Program-made: the position numbers and the translations under genes
From: Limnothrix sp. BL-A-16
Lineage (GTDB): Bacteria > Cyanobacteriota > Cyanobacteriia > CACIAM-69d
Assembly (NCBI GenBank): GCA_041937175.2
Contig: CP166615.1
Span: 3,744,001 to 3,808,000 of the forward strand
Length of the DNA stretch: 64,000 nucleotides
Direction of reading: 5' to 3'
In this document: piece after piece, positions 1-10,198 of the stretch
Layout: every line of letters starts with the position of its first letter
Numbering within the stretch: position 1 is the first letter of the stretch
Notes under the pieces: generated by a model
The model's database searches: none
What the model saw: the letters and a program-made list of their open reading frames with translations, nothing else
Told to the model about the DNA's origin: nothing

Positions 1-2309
1 AATTCCACCAGTTGCCGCACAATGGCCAACCCCAACCCCGTGCCGCCATATTCCCGAGCTGTGGAACGATCGGCCTGTTCAAAGGATTCAAAAATACGTT
101 CGATCGCCGCTGCGGGAATGCCAATGCCCGTATCACTGACGGAAATGGCCAGCCACTTTTGGTCAGCCGTTTCCGAAGGCGACTCGAAAGATTGCTCCCG
201 ATCAAGCTGCTCAGATTCTGCCGGATCCAGTCCGGGGCGATCGAACAGAGCACCCTGCCCGATCGCGCTTGAGGGCATCACCCCCCCCGTTAATTGATCC
301 AATGGTTGATCCAATGGTTGACCCAATTGCTGATCCCCCAATTGAGGATCGACAGGATGCGACTGACTCAACAGTTCCGCATCCGGCTGCCAACGGCGAG
401 CATGAACAATCACCTCGCCGCTTTGGGTGAACTTCAGCGCATTGCTAACCAGGTTGTGCAAAATCTGTTGCAGCCGGTTGAAATCCGCCAACACGGGCGG
501 CAGGGCCAAATCAATAGCATTCACCAGCGCCAAGCCCTTACGTTCCGCTTGGTCGTAGTGCAGTTGCAACACCTGTTCCACCACCACGGCCAGGGTGCAA
601 GGGCGCAGGGCCAGGTCGATCGTTTGGTGTTGCAGCTTGGAAAAGTCCAGCAGATCGTTCACCAAATTGGCCAACCGATGGCCGCTGGCGGCGATCGTGT
701 CCAGGTTTGACCGTTCCCGATCGCTCAATCCTCCCCGATCGTCATCCAGCATCGCCTCCGCCAAGCCAATGATGCCATTGAGGGGCGTGCGCAGTTCATG
801 GGACGTGTTTGCCAGCAAATCATCCTTCAGGCGGTTCAGGCGCTGGAGTTCCTGGTTGGCGGTTTCCAACTCCGCCGTCCGCTGCTGCACCTGGGCTTCC
901 AGGCTCGCATTCAGGGACTCCAGCGCCTGGGACTTTTCCTGCAAGGCATCCATCACCTGGTTGTAGCGCTCGGCAATGTAGCCCACCTCCATGAACGGAT
1001 CCACCGGCACTCGCAAATGCAAATCTCCCTGGCGAGCGTGGCGATCCATCACCTCAAATAGGTCATAGACCTCCGTTTTCACCTGGTGCTCCGCCACGTT
1101 CAGTCCCATCTGTTCTTCCGCGAGGGAAACCCGCAGGGGATGCAGGCGATCGACCCAACGCAGCAACCCGTAGGACAGCCCAAAGGCCCAAAGGACACAA
1201 ACCCCAATGCCCAACAGTTGCACGGCAATTTGTTGGGGGCGCTCCAAACCACCCGGCAGTTGGCTCAAATCCCCAAATAGCCCCACACAAAGCGTGCCCC
1301 AGGCTCCGGCTCCCGCATGGATGGGCACGGCTCCCACCGCGTCATCGATTTGGCGGCGATCGAGCCACCATTCCACCGCCAACGCCACGGCGGCCCCCGT
1401 GAACCCCACCACCAGGGCGATCGGGGTCGTAATCACATTGCAGCAGGCCGTCACGGCCACCATGCCCGCCAGGGAACTGTTGATTAGGCATTCCACATCC
1501 GGCCGGTGGCGATAGTACCAACCCAGGGCCCCGCCGCCCAGCATCCCCGCCACGCCCCCAATCACCGTATGCACCAACACCGCTGGGACATGTTCATTAA
1601 GGGCCAGGGTGCTGCCGCCATTGAACCCCAACCAGCCCAGCCACAGCATCATGGCCCCAAGCATCGAAAAGGGCAAATTTGACCCGCTGATTTTGTGCTG
1701 CCGGGTGGCTTCGTCATAGCGCCCCCAGCGCGGCCCCACCACCAACAGCGTGGCCAGGGCAATCCAGCCCCCCACGCTATGCACCACTGTGGAACCCGCA
1801 AAGTCATAGAACCCGAGCGATCGCAACCAACCCACCCCCTGGCCGGCGGGACTTGCGCCCACAATTTCCATGCCCTTCCAAGCCCAATGGCCAAACAGGG
1901 GATAGATCAATCCCGAGCACAGGAAACAAACGATTAGATAAGACGAAAACCGCATTCGTTCCGCCACCGCACCGGAAATAATGGTGGTGGAAGTGCCACA
2001 AAACATTAATTGAAAAATTAAAAAAGCGGCCAGTTGAGGCTGCGATTCCACCGATAGGGCAAAGTAGTCATGGCCTATCCAACCCCACCAAGAGGGGCCA
2101 AACATCACCCCAAATCCAAACAACCAGTAGAGCAGTGCAGAAATGCCAAAATCTGATAGGTTTTTGGCCGCCACATTAATGCTGTTTTTCGATCGGGTCA
2201 TGCCCGATTCCAAACACATAAAACCAGGCTGCATCAGAAACACGAGTCCTGAGCACCCTAGCAACCAAGCCACATCGCGCATATTCAGCCAATTGAGATG
2301 AGCAGCCAC
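1..2309 (-). CDS. Ammonium transporter (Amt) fused to a HAMP-like linker and a histidine kinase (HisKA + HATPase_c); 3' end runs off the window
   Basis: Manual minus-strand translation of segments, with the 5' and 3' ends in the same frame: GTG 2309/ATG 2282, WLLGCSGLVFLMQPGFMCLESGMTRSKNSINV, DFAGSTVVHSVGGW, H-box ANTSHELRTPLNGIIG, N-box LHNLVSNALKFT, G1 VSDTGIG, G2 YGGTGLGLAIVRQLVE. Missing from the ORF track because no stop codon lies inside the window. Confidence 0.93.
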   Translation of the reverse strand, partial: MAAHLNWLNMRDVAWLLGCSGLVFLMQPGFMCLESGMTRSKNSINVAAKNLSDFGISALLYWLFGFGVMFGPSWWGWIGHDYFALSVESQPQLAAFLIFQLMFCGTSTTIISGAVAERMRFSSYLIVCFLCSGLIYPLFGHWAWKGMEIVGASPAGQGVGWLRSLGFYDFAGSTVVHSVGGWIALATLLVVGPRWGRYDEATRQHKISGSNLPFSMLGAMMLWLGWLGFNGGSTLALNEHVPAVLVHTVIGGVAGMLGGGALGWYYRHRPDVECLINSSLAGMVAVTACCNVITTPIALVVGFTGAAVALAVEWWLDRRQIDDAVGAVPIHAGAGAWGTLCVGLFGDLSQLPGGLERPQQIAVQLLGIGVCVLWAFGLSYGLLRWVDRLHPLRVSLAEEQMGLNVAEHQVKTEVYDLFEVMDRHARQGDLHLRVPVDPFMEVGYIAERYNQVMDALQEKSQALESLNASLEAQVQQRTAELETANQELQRLNRLKDDLLANTSHELRTPLNGIIGLAEAMLDDDRGGLSDRERSNLDTIAASGHRLANLVNDLLDFSKLQHQTIDLALRPCTLAVVVEQVLQLHYDQAERKGLALVNAIDLALPPVLADFNRLQQILHNLVSNALKFTQSGEVIVHARRWQPDAELLSQSHPVDPQLGDQQLGQPLDQPLDQLTGGVMPSSAIGQGALFDRPGLDPAESEQLDREQSFESPSETADQKWLAISVSDTGIGIPAAAIERIFESFEQADRSTAREYGGTGLGLAIVRQLVE

Positions 2310-2545
2310 AGGATCCCTACTCCAACATGGGGAGCATTTACCATCCGTTGCATCTTTTCTTCAGTAATTTTTAGCAACTGCTTCAGTCTAATCAGAAGTC
2401 TCCAATGAGGGTCAAATTGGATTTGCCCGATCGACCCCAGCAGGTAACCCAAAGGCATGGATTCATCTCAGTCTGTATCAGGTTTTATTGCTTTTGCTGA
2501 TCTTCTCATCGCCCAGGGAACTACGGAATCAATTATTTATTTTAG

Positions 2546-2559
2546 GTATTAATTAACAC
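2546..2559. promoter_or_regulatory. Possible NtcA-like site upstream of the amt-kinase gene
   Basis: GTA-TTAATTAA-CAC (GT-N10-AC), one mismatch to GTAN8TAC, about 240 bp upstream of an ammonium-related gene. No canonical -10 box at the expected spacing. Confidence 0.25.
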
Positions 2560-2679
2560 CTGAAATTAAGTACTGCTGCGAGCCGCTTCAATCATCTGAT
2601 CCATGCTCTTTTGGGCTGGTCTTGAACCGGCTACCGTCGGGATTTGCCCATGGGTTTACAAAATTGCTGTTGACCTGGA

Positions 2680-2850
2680 ATGCAGTTGCTGGAATTGTTG
2701 GATGCGGGTTGGCCAAAACCGTTGCTGATTTTGGGTTTCCCGGTGGGATTTGTAGGGGCGGCAGAGTCCAAGGCGGGATTGGCGGCCGACTCCCGGGGCG
2801 TAACGTTTATCACGCTGCATGGACGATGGGGCGGCAGTGCGATCGCGCGG
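2680..2850 (+). pseudogene. cobH: C-terminal fragment of precorrin-8X methylmutase
   Basis: ELLDAGWPKPLLILGFPVGFVGAAESK...FITLHGRWGGSAIA is the CobH/CbiC C-terminal signature. The N-terminal two-thirds is absent. Confidence 0.8.
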
Positions 2851-3161
2851 CAGCAGCCATGGCTCAAGTGCCCCTGACCTATCACCAAGATGTGCTGACC
2901 ATTTTGCCGGCCCCCCTCGATCGCTCTATCCTGCCCGATCGCCTGGCCCAGACCGATGCGGCGGTGATTATCAAACTGGGGCGGCATTTCGAGAAGGTGC
3001 GATCGGTGCTCAATGAATTGGGGCTGACGGGGCGATCGCTCTACATCGAACGGGCAACGCTACCGGAACAACAAATCCGGGCGATCGACCAGGTAAACCC
3101 GGCCGCCGTGCCCTACTGGTCGCCGATTTTGATTCCCAGCCGCAGCCACCCGGGAGCCTAA
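2848..3161 (+). pseudogene. cobI: C-terminal fragment of precorrin-2 C20-methyltransferase
   Basis: AAAMAQVPLTYHQDVLTILPAPL...DAAVIIKLGRHFEKVR...YIERATLPEQ...VPYWSPILIP. Out of frame with the cobH fragment, N-terminus missing. Confidence 0.8.
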
Positions 3162-3271
3162 GGGCTAGCCTCAAATCTCCCAATTCCTTGCTCTGTTGGA
3201 AGGGGGCAAGGGGCTTAAGCCCCTTGTCTGTGGTCATTGTCGCCCCCTTCGGATCTCAGGCGAAACGAGTC
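3162..3271. repeat. Intergenic element carrying the perfect palindrome CAAGGGGCTTAAGCCCCTTG (3207-3226)
   Basis: Fills the gap between two convergent stop codons. Outer IR GAAGGGGGC/GCCCCCTTC. Termini are only weakly inverted. Confidence 0.7.
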
Positions 3272-4726
3272 CTAGACCTCAGCCAGTTCCCGCTCGGCCC
3301 GTTTGTAGGCTTCGTCGATCACTTCCGAGAGGGTCGGGTGAGCATGTACCACAAAGGCCAGATCCTTCACGGAACTGCGCTGGGCGATCGCCGTGGCCAC
3401 CTCTTGGATCAAGTCCGAAGCATGGATGCCAAACACATGCGCGCCCAACACTTCGCCCGTGTCCTTGCGGAAAATCACCTTGGCCAGGCCGTCGCCTTCG
3501 CCCTCCGCGATCGCCTTGGAGTTGCCCTTGAAATAGGTGCGGGTCGTGCCGATGCTGAAGCCTTCCGCTTCGCCCAGTTCCTTGGCTTGGGGTTCCGTCA
3601 AACCGACGAAGCTGATTTCGGGGTGGGTGAAGGCAGCGGCGGGAATGCTGCGGTAGTCCACTTCCCGATCGCGCCCGCAAATGTTTTCCACCACCACCAC
3701 GCCCTGGGCCGAAGCCGCGTGGGCCAGCATCATTTGCCCCGTTGCATCCCCGATCGCCCACAAATGCGGCACGGGTTCGCCATCCTTCAGCACCTGCATC
3801 TTGCCGTTGACGGGAATGAAGCCGGGGCGGTTGGTTTCCACGCCCACATTCTCCAAACCGATATTCGCCGTGGCGGGGCGGCGACCCGTGGCCACCAAGC
3901 AAGCATCGACTTCCAGCACGTCCACCACTTCCTTGGTTTTCGCGTCGGTCAGCTCGATCGTCACGGGCGCGCCGGGCGTAATCTTGGTAGCAAACACGCC
4001 CGTATAGGTTTCGATGTCGCGCTGATCGATCAGCGTCCGCTTGGCCACCTTGGCGATATCCGGATCAAAGCCCGGCATCAGTTGATCGAGCGCTTCGATC
4101 ATCGTCACTTCCGCACCCAAAGCGGTGTACACATCGGAAAATTCCAAACCGATGTAGCCGCTGCCGATGATCGCCACCCATTGGGGCACGGATTCCAGCC
4201 GCACCGCTTCATCGCTGGTAAAGACCGTTTTGCCATCCAGCTCGATCCCCGGTGGCACAAAGGGCACCGACCCGGTGGAAATCAACACGTTGCGGGCGCT
4301 GATCGTTTTGGTGATCGTGCGGTTGCCGTCGGCGGTGTTCACTTCCACCTTTTGGGGAGCCAGCAGTTTGCCCCAGCCTTGGATGATGTCTACGCCAATC
4401 CGCTTCAGGCTGTTGGTCAGGTCGCCTTGGATTTTGCCCACCAGGTTGGTGGCGTGGTCGGCGATCGCCTGGCGATCGAACTGCACGCCGCCCACTTGAA
4501 TTCCCATGGCCTTCAGGTGCGCCGCATTGCGGAGATCGCGCACCCGGCCGGAAGCCGCCAGCAGAGCCTTGGAGGGAATGCAACCCCGATTAACGCAGGT
4601 GCCGCCCATTTCGGCCGCTTCCACGATCGCGGTTTTCAGGCCGCAGGCGACGGCGTGCAGGGCTGCGCCATGGCCGCCAACTCCGGCTCCGAGGATCAAT
4701 AGGTCGTAGTCGAATGCTTGAGTCAC
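3272..4726 (-). CDS. lpdA: Dihydrolipoamide dehydrogenase
   Basis: GAGVGG FAD motif, [13 protein letters not shown] redox disulfide, [11 protein letters not shown] start at 4726 preceded by AGGAGG. Confidence 0.96.
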   Translation of the reverse strand: MTQAFDYDLLILGAGVGGHGAALHAVACGLKTAIVEAAEMGGTCVNRGCIPSKALLAASGRVRDLRNAAHLKAMGIQVGGVQFDRQAIADHATNLVGKIQGDLTNSLKRIGVDIIQGWGKLLAPQKVEVNTADGNRTITKTISARNVLISTGSVPFVPPGIELDGKTVFTSDEAVRLESVPQWVAIIGSGYIGLEFSDVYTALGAEVTMIEALDQLMPGFDPDIAKVAKRTLIDQRDIETYTGVFATKITPGAPVTIELTDAKTKEVVDVLEVDACLVATGRRPATANIGLENVGVETNRPGFIPVNGKMQVLKDGEPVPHLWAIGDATGQMMLAHAASAQGVVVVENICGRDREVDYRSIPAAAFTHPEISFVGLTEPQAKELGEAEGFSIGTTRTYFKGNSKAIAEGEGDGLAKVIFRKDTGEVLGAHVFGIHASDLIQEVATAIAQRSSVKDLAFVVHAHPTLSEVIDEAYKRAERELAEV

Positions 4727-4851
4727 GCCCGCCTCCTGGGTTTGGATTGCTCTCAGAGTCCCCATTGTCCGGCGAAAGGGGCGATCGGGCAATTGCCACC
4801 CGGCCACCTCGGCTAGCTCAGGGCCTTAGCATCCAATCGGTTGCTCGATCG

Positions 4852-5376
4852 CTAGACAGTGGGATCCCGCTTCACAAAGGGCACGAGGTGCATCATAAAA
4901 TCCCGCTTCCCGATCGCAGCACCAGCCATCCGCAAAATGCCATAGGTTGTGGTGAGGTGAAAGTAGAAATTGGGCATCAAAAAATCATCCACATAGGCTA
5001 ATCCTGGTAACTCCAGCGAGAGGCCTTCTCCTAGGTCAATGCGATGAATTTCTGAGAGTTTGGCATCTCCGGCGTTGATATTGCTGAGTGATTCTTGGGT
5101 GGAGGTGATGTAATCCCGAGCAGTTTCCAGAGTGGTCACTTCGGGATTCAAGTTGCTAGCGGGTTGGTCAGCGCACCAAAGGGCAAAGTTACGCGGTTGA
5201 TTACAGGTAAAGGCGATTTGTGTACCAAAGGGCAGCATGTCGGGCGCAAGCCGAAGCTGAAAGAGGGCCGCCCGATCGGTTGCAAAGTGAGAATCGGCAA
5301 TGTCTAGTAAATGGCTTAAGGTTTCTAGGCGAGATTCAAAAATCGCCTGAAATCGCTTAATTTTGATGTTTTCCAT
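4852..5376 (-). CDS. DUF1993 family (DinB-like) protein
   Basis: RLAPDMLPFGTQI, PNFYFHLTTTYGILR...IGKRDF motifs. Confidence 0.85.
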   Translation of the reverse strand: MENIKIKRFQAIFESRLETLSHLLDIADSHFATDRAALFQLRLAPDMLPFGTQIAFTCNQPRNFALWCADQPASNLNPEVTTLETARDYITSTQESLSNINAGDAKLSEIHRIDLGEGLSLELPGLAYVDDFLMPNFYFHLTTTYGILRMAGAAIGKRDFMMHLVPFVKRDPTV

Positions 5377-5607
5377 GGTATTTGAAGCAATAGAGCAAAA
5401 GACCACAAACCTAAGCAGCCACAGATCAGGTGTTCTTTCAAAACCATATTAACTATAAATTTCAGTTTCTATCGTGGCAGTAATAGCCCGCAGGATCCAA
5501 GTTGCCCATCCACAACCCATAACCCAAGCGATGCGATCTCATTCAGGGAAAAGTAATGATTGCTTTTGAAATGAATAGCACCTCTCCTAGAGAGCAATGA
5601 GCATTAC

Positions 5608-6096
5608 TTACTCTGCTATTGACTCTCGATCGTCTCGGATCGTTTTTAGCCTAAGGTGATTTTCTACTGTTTTCAGCATTGTCATCACCATTTTCGCTTT
5701 TTTGATTGAATATCGTAATCCTTGAATGACCTCTTGCAGATAGTCTTCGCTCTGAATCATCTTACTTTGACTATGAGATGCAATTGAAATCCCTTCCATG
5801 TATTGGTAACCCAAGTGGATATAAATTCCTGGTTTAAAAGTTACTAATCGTGGATCTTGCTTGCCCTGTATAAGGGTGTACTCTTGCTTGAGTTCCAAGT
5901 ATTTTTTCCACGCTGATTCTAAAGCTTGGATATGAGATTCAACTTCAGAAGCATCAATGCGGATAGTATGAACTTTATATCTTAAATCAGGGCCAGCAAA
6001 AGCATAATTGATATGCCAGCCATCAGGATTTACAACTAATTGCCCCATACAAGGCAGAGTCTCAGAATATTCAAACTTTCCCATATTTTGCATCAT
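5608..6096 (-). CDS. Hypothetical protein (AT-rich insert)
   Basis: Open frame of about 160 aa. The longer ORF-track start runs through the REPIN-like repeat and is probably artefactual. Confidence 0.6.
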   Translation of the reverse strand: MMQNMGKFEYSETLPCMGQLVVNPDGWHINYAFAGPDLRYKVHTIRIDASEVESHIQALESAWKKYLELKQEYTLIQGKQDPRLVTFKPGIYIHLGYQYMEGISIASHSQSKMIQSEDYLQEVIQGLRYSIKKAKMVMTMLKTVENHLRLKTIRDDRESIAE

Positions 6097-6137
6097 GTGA
6101 AATAGACCTATTAATTTCGTAGCAGATGTTTGTACAA

Positions 6138-6221
6138 GTAGGTTGGGTTGAGGCACGAAACCCAACACCACTAACCTTGATGGTGATCGCGTTGGGTTTC
6201 GCAAGGCTCAACCCAACCTAC
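6138..6221. repeat. GTAG-type REP doublet (REPIN-like long hairpin)
   Basis: GTAGGTTGGGTTGAG-N3-CGAAACCCAAC...GTTGGGTTTCG-N5-CTCAACCCAACCTAC. Confidence 0.85.
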
Positions 6222-6363
6222 TAGCTCTACGGGATACTCAGGGGATGATCAAAGTGTAAGGTTTATGCCTATGTAAATGACACAGCTAAATCAGAGAATT
6301 AAAGTTGCAGCTATGCAACGCCTGGTTTATGATCTCGCAAGAGGGGAGGGAAACGAAAAATTC

Positions 6364-6873
6364 AGTAATGCCTTTGAAGTAATGATGAGTTATCAAGCGA
6401 TCGACTATGGGAAATTGTGGTGATCAATCAACTGCTAGCTCGTTGCTTCGTGATGGGAAAAAGACAGAGTTCGCCAAACCAAACGACAGATCCGCTAACG
6501 CAATGCATGACTTAATGATTGCCATGTAATTTATCAATCTGGTTTCTTGGTCCGCAGAGTACGACCACCTGCAACCGCCACATAAGATTCAATCCAGGAT
6601 TCGGAAACCTGCGCGACCCGCGCAATGGCTGCCTGGGAGAGGCGCTCTAGGAGCAGACGATCAATGAGCGCAATCTGCTCGGGTGTGACGCGTTTCTGAG
6701 TGGGGTGCTCAATGAACTGTCGGCCACAGGCTTTGCATTTGAAGCGTTGCTTGCCGTTGTGGATGCGACCATTTTTGACCGTGTGGCTGGATTGGCATTG
6801 AGGGCAAGCAGGCATGAACTGGAGTTATAGATTACTGCTGCCAGGCTAACATCATTACTCCACAGGCACTACC
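6364..6873 (-). mobile_element. Internally deleted IS1-family element (remnant)
   Basis: Imperfect terminal IRs AGTAATGCCTTTGAAGTAATGATG and the reverse complement of GGTAGTGCCTGTGGAGTAATGATG. InsA-like zinc ribbon CPQCQS..VKNG...KQRFKCKACGRQF (6534-6815). Degenerate InsB tail (RLVWRTLSFS) near 6450-6500. Confidence 0.85.
6534..6815 (-). pseudogene. IS1-family transposase N-terminal (InsA-like) fragment
   Basis: Zinc ribbon plus HTH (LSQAAIARVAQVSESWI). Catalytic domain deleted. Confidence 0.85.
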
Positions 6874-6877
6874 AAAA

Positions 6878-7030
6878 AACTAATCAAAATATCCTGGCTT
6901 TGTTCAGAACCGAATATTTTTTAAAGGCGTAATCGGTTTTAGGATTAATACAGAGCATCGGTTTTCCAGACAGCACTAGCGTCGCGATCGCTAGCAAAGT
7001 TAATGCCATGGTAACGATTTTTGGGCGATC
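6878..7030 (-). pseudogene. 5' fragment of an Rpn-family nuclease gene, paralogous to 47254-47400
   Basis: Near-identical to the 5' end and upstream region of the gene at 46422-47333. Cut off next to the IS1 end. Confidence 0.85.
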
Positions 7031-7213
7031 GCTGATCTAGCAAGACATCAGACCTATTAAGTGTGTATGAATTACTCCTAGCCCATGGCTCATGCAATCG
7101 CCCGTTGCGCCGCTTGAAGTTGACCCCATGTTTAATGACTAGAACATCGATCGGCGATCGATTAGGACAGCCCGATCGCCGATCAATGCTTCTAGGTGAG
7201 TGGCTGTTCTACC

Positions 7214-7807
7214 CTAGCTGCCGCGATGGCGCTGGGCGATCATGGCAATCCGCTGACCGTACTTTTCCGCCGTCAGTCGATCGCCCGGGTGAACGATCGC
7301 TTCACCACCATTGGGATTCAGATCGCTTTGACCCATCACGCCCAAAAACGACCCGAGACGGTTGATACCATCATCCTTCCCCGCATACTGGCTGGGCATT
7401 TCGGCCGCCCCCACCCAAATCATGCCGTGCTGGGCCGCATTAATCGCCATGTATAGCAGCGTGCCCTGCTTATCACCACTGGGGGAAGCCGAGTGGGTGA
7501 ACCCGCCAGCGATCTTGTCCTTCCACTGTTGGGCAAACCAAGCTGAGCTGGCCGCATCCACAAACGCCTTGAACTGGGCCGCCACGCCGCCCATATAAGT
7601 GGGCGACCCAAACACGATCGCATCCGATCGGGTCAAAGCATCCAGCATCTCCGGATCTTTCCAACGGCCCTCGGTAATTTGCGCCCCCGTAATCCGCAGC
7701 AACTCGGCCGTCACACCGTCCACTTGGCTAGCTCCCCGCGCCACGGCCTCCGCCATCAGATGGGTGTGCCCGGATCCCGAAAAGTAGACCACTGAGATCG
7801 TCGTCAT
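7214..7807 (-). CDS. Flavodoxin-like NAD(P)H:quinone oxidoreductase (WrbA family)
   Basis: YFSGSGHT, FGSPTYMGGVAAQFKAF, SGDKQGTL. Confidence 0.9.
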   Translation of the reverse strand: MTTISVVYFSGSGHTHLMAEAVARGASQVDGVTAELLRITGAQITEGRWKDPEMLDALTRSDAIVFGSPTYMGGVAAQFKAFVDAASSAWFAQQWKDKIAGGFTHSASPSGDKQGTLLYMAINAAQHGMIWVGAAEMPSQYAGKDDGINRLGSFLGVMGQSDLNPNGGEAIVHPGDRLTAEKYGQRIAMIAQRHRGS

Positions 7808-7950
7808 AAAAACCTCAATACGGACTGGAAACGAGCGGCCTCGGCCCGTAATGCTGATCCTAGAAGTCGCTACCCACTAAAGTAAAGTAGGAACCTAAAA
7901 GTAACTAGCTTCCTTTTTGCGCCCAAAATTGAGTCTGGAAGTGCCTGCCC

Positions 7951-8337
7951 ATGCCTCGCCCCTCCAAAGAAGTGAAGCGCTGCCCCGTCAGCTTTTTGAT
8001 GGATATCTTGTCCGGCCCCTGGACGCTCTACCTGCTGTGGGTGGTAGCCACGGAGGGCCCGATCCGCTTTGGAGCTTTGAAGCGACAAGTGGAGGGCATT
8101 TCCACCAAAGTGCTCACGGAGCGGCTGCGGCTGCTGGAGCGTGAGGGGCTAATTTATCGTCACTACGAAGCGACCGTGCCGCCCCAAGTTACCTATGGCC
8201 TGACCGATCGGGGTTCGGAACTGGTGCAGGTGTTGGATCTGCTCGGTGACTTGGCCCAGCGCTGGTATGGTGATGGCGCGATCAGCCCGCTGAACCCCAA
8301 CTCCGAGACCGGCGCAATTGTCGTTGACTATCCCTAG
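7951..8337 (+). CDS. HxlR-family winged-helix transcriptional regulator
   Basis: CPV..MDILSGPWT, RFGALKRQVEGISTKVLTERLRLLE, VPPQVTYGLT. Divergent from the WrbA-like gene. Confidence 0.92.
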   Translation: MPRPSKEVKRCPVSFLMDILSGPWTLYLLWVVATEGPIRFGALKRQVEGISTKVLTERLRLLEREGLIYRHYEATVPPQVTYGLTDRGSELVQVLDLLGDLAQRWYGDGAISPLNPNSETGAIVVDYP

Positions 8338-8471
8338 GAATCGATCGCTCGACTGCCCCGGTTAGCGATCGCGCAAGTTGGGTACAACAGGCGATGATTT
8401 TACCAAGTTTGTAAAGCCCTATAATTTCAGAAACAGGCATGAGTTATTCATTTCTAATCTAATTTTGATCC

Positions 8472-10175
8472 ATGGCTCGGATTAATCTGCTAGATACTCG
8501 AACTGCAACTTTCGGGGATTTAATGGGCAATGGGAAGATTTACCGAGTTCCAATTTTTCAGCGCGATTATTCTTGGACTGAAGAAAACTGGGAAGATCTT
8601 TGGCAAGACATTCTAGGGTTATATGACGATCCCTCAGCCAGCCACTACATGGGGGCGATCGTTCTGCAAACTTCCAGTACCTCTGACCAAGAATTCACCA
8701 TTATTGATGGTCAACAAAGAATTGCAACGATCAGTATCATTGTGATCGCTGTGATTGAAAAGATCCAAGTCCTAGTTAAACAAAATCAGCAAGCGATAGC
8801 TAATCACGAACGACAAGAAATTTTGAGACAAACTTATCTAGGTAATCGAGATCCTATTTCTCTTCACTATTCGAGTAAACTTTTTTTAAATGAAAATAAT
8901 AATGATTTTTACCAGAGTAATTTAATTAATTTAAGAGAGCCTTGGAATCTTCGCTCAGTCTCTCAATCCAACCAATTACTTTGGAAAGCTTTTCAGTATT
9001 TTTCAAGCCAATTGACACAGCTAAAGGGTATTGTCTATAGCGGTGAAAATTTGGCAGAATTTCTGACTAAAATCATTGTTCAAAGACTTTTGTTTATTCA
9101 AATCAACGTCCAAGATGAATTAAACGCCTACACTGTATTTGAGACTCTAAATGCTAGAGGCATAGAACTGAGTTCTACAGATTTACTCAAAAATTATTTA
9201 TTCTCCCTTTTTCGAGGCCCAGATGACTTGAATGAAGGCCAGCGGCGCTGGCGCGTGATTGCCAATACAGTGCAGATGGAAAATATTCCTGAGTTTCTGC
9301 GCTACTATCTCAGTCTCCAGCGACCCTGGGTTAAACGTGAACGCCTCTTTAAAGCAGTTCGAGAATCAGTTCAGGATTCTCAACAAGCCTTTGACCTACT
9401 AGATCAGCTTGAACGCTATAGCAGCCTATTTGTTGCTCTTGGCAATGCTCAGGATGATTTTTGGCGCGAAACGCCTGCGAATCGTACCTACATTCGAGAA
9501 TTAGAGCTGTTCCGGGTGAAGCAAGCTTACCCGATTCTTTTTGCGGCTCATAGTCAGTTTTCTGATGCGGACTTCACGCGATTATTGAAGCTGATTAGTG
9601 TGTTGTCATTTCGATATACGGTGGTTTGTGGGTTGAATCCCAGTGAACTAGAAAAGCTATATAACCAAGTGGCGATCGCGATTCAAAGCTCAGAAATTAC
9701 AACTCCTAAACAAGTCTTTGAACAATTGCGATCAGTTTATGTTTCGGATGAGAAATTTTCACAAGATTTTGAGCTGCTAACGGTTTCTACTCGGGGACAA
9801 CAGAAAAAGTTGGCTCGTTATATGCTGTGGAAACTCGAAAATGATGCAGCGAATCAAGAGATTATTGAAGAGAGTTTTTCGATCGAGCATATTTTGCCCG
9901 AATCACCGGATCAGGATTGGCAAGACAATTTCACCGATGCTCAAATGATTGACATGGTGTACCGACTGGGCAATTTAACCCCTTTGGAACCCAATCTCAA
10001 TCGCCAAATTGGCAATCAGCCTTATGTGGTTAAACGGGAAACTTATGCCACTAGTGGTTATCAATTGACGCAAGGGATTGTGGCTGAAGAATGGACTCCG
10101 AATGCGCTGGCTAATCGACAAAAACAACTGGCCAAGCGAGCGGTGCATATCTGGCGATCGGACTTTGCGACCTAG
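8472..10175 (+). CDS. DUF262/DUF1524 GmrSD-like (type IV, modification-dependent) restriction nuclease
   Basis: VPIFQRDYSW, IIDGQQR, FETLNARG, C-terminal SIEHILPE...RLGNLTPL (HNH-like). Confidence 0.88.
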   Translation: MARINLLDTRTATFGDLMGNGKIYRVPIFQRDYSWTEENWEDLWQDILGLYDDPSASHYMGAIVLQTSSTSDQEFTIIDGQQRIATISIIVIAVIEKIQVLVKQNQQAIANHERQEILRQTYLGNRDPISLHYSSKLFLNENNNDFYQSNLINLREPWNLRSVSQSNQLLWKAFQYFSSQLTQLKGIVYSGENLAEFLTKIIVQRLLFIQINVQDELNAYTVFETLNARGIELSSTDLLKNYLFSLFRGPDDLNEGQRRWRVIANTVQMENIPEFLRYYLSLQRPWVKRERLFKAVRESVQDSQQAFDLLDQLERYSSLFVALGNAQDDFWRETPANRTYIRELELFRVKQAYPILFAAHSQFSDADFTRLLKLISVLSFRYTVVCGLNPSELEKLYNQVAIAIQSSEITTPKQVFEQLRSVYVSDEKFSQDFELLTVSTRGQQKKLARYMLWKLENDAANQEIIEESFSIEHILPESPDQDWQDNFTDAQMIDMVYRLGNLTPLEPNLNRQIGNQPYVVKRETYATSGYQLTQGIVAEEWTPNALANRQKQLAKRAVHIWRSDFAT

Positions 10176-10198
10176 CATGGCCCATTGAGCAACAGGTT

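Noticed and set aside
2622..3161. 179-aa ORF as an intact gene
   Set aside because: Its N-terminal half is an off-frame reading of the cobH remnant. Only the C-terminal half is CobI-like.
3188..4702. 504-aa plus-strand ORF
   Set aside because: Antisense shadow of lpdA. The same applies to long antisense ORFs over clpC (38748-40142), chlD (58312-59946) and uvrC (27481-28215).
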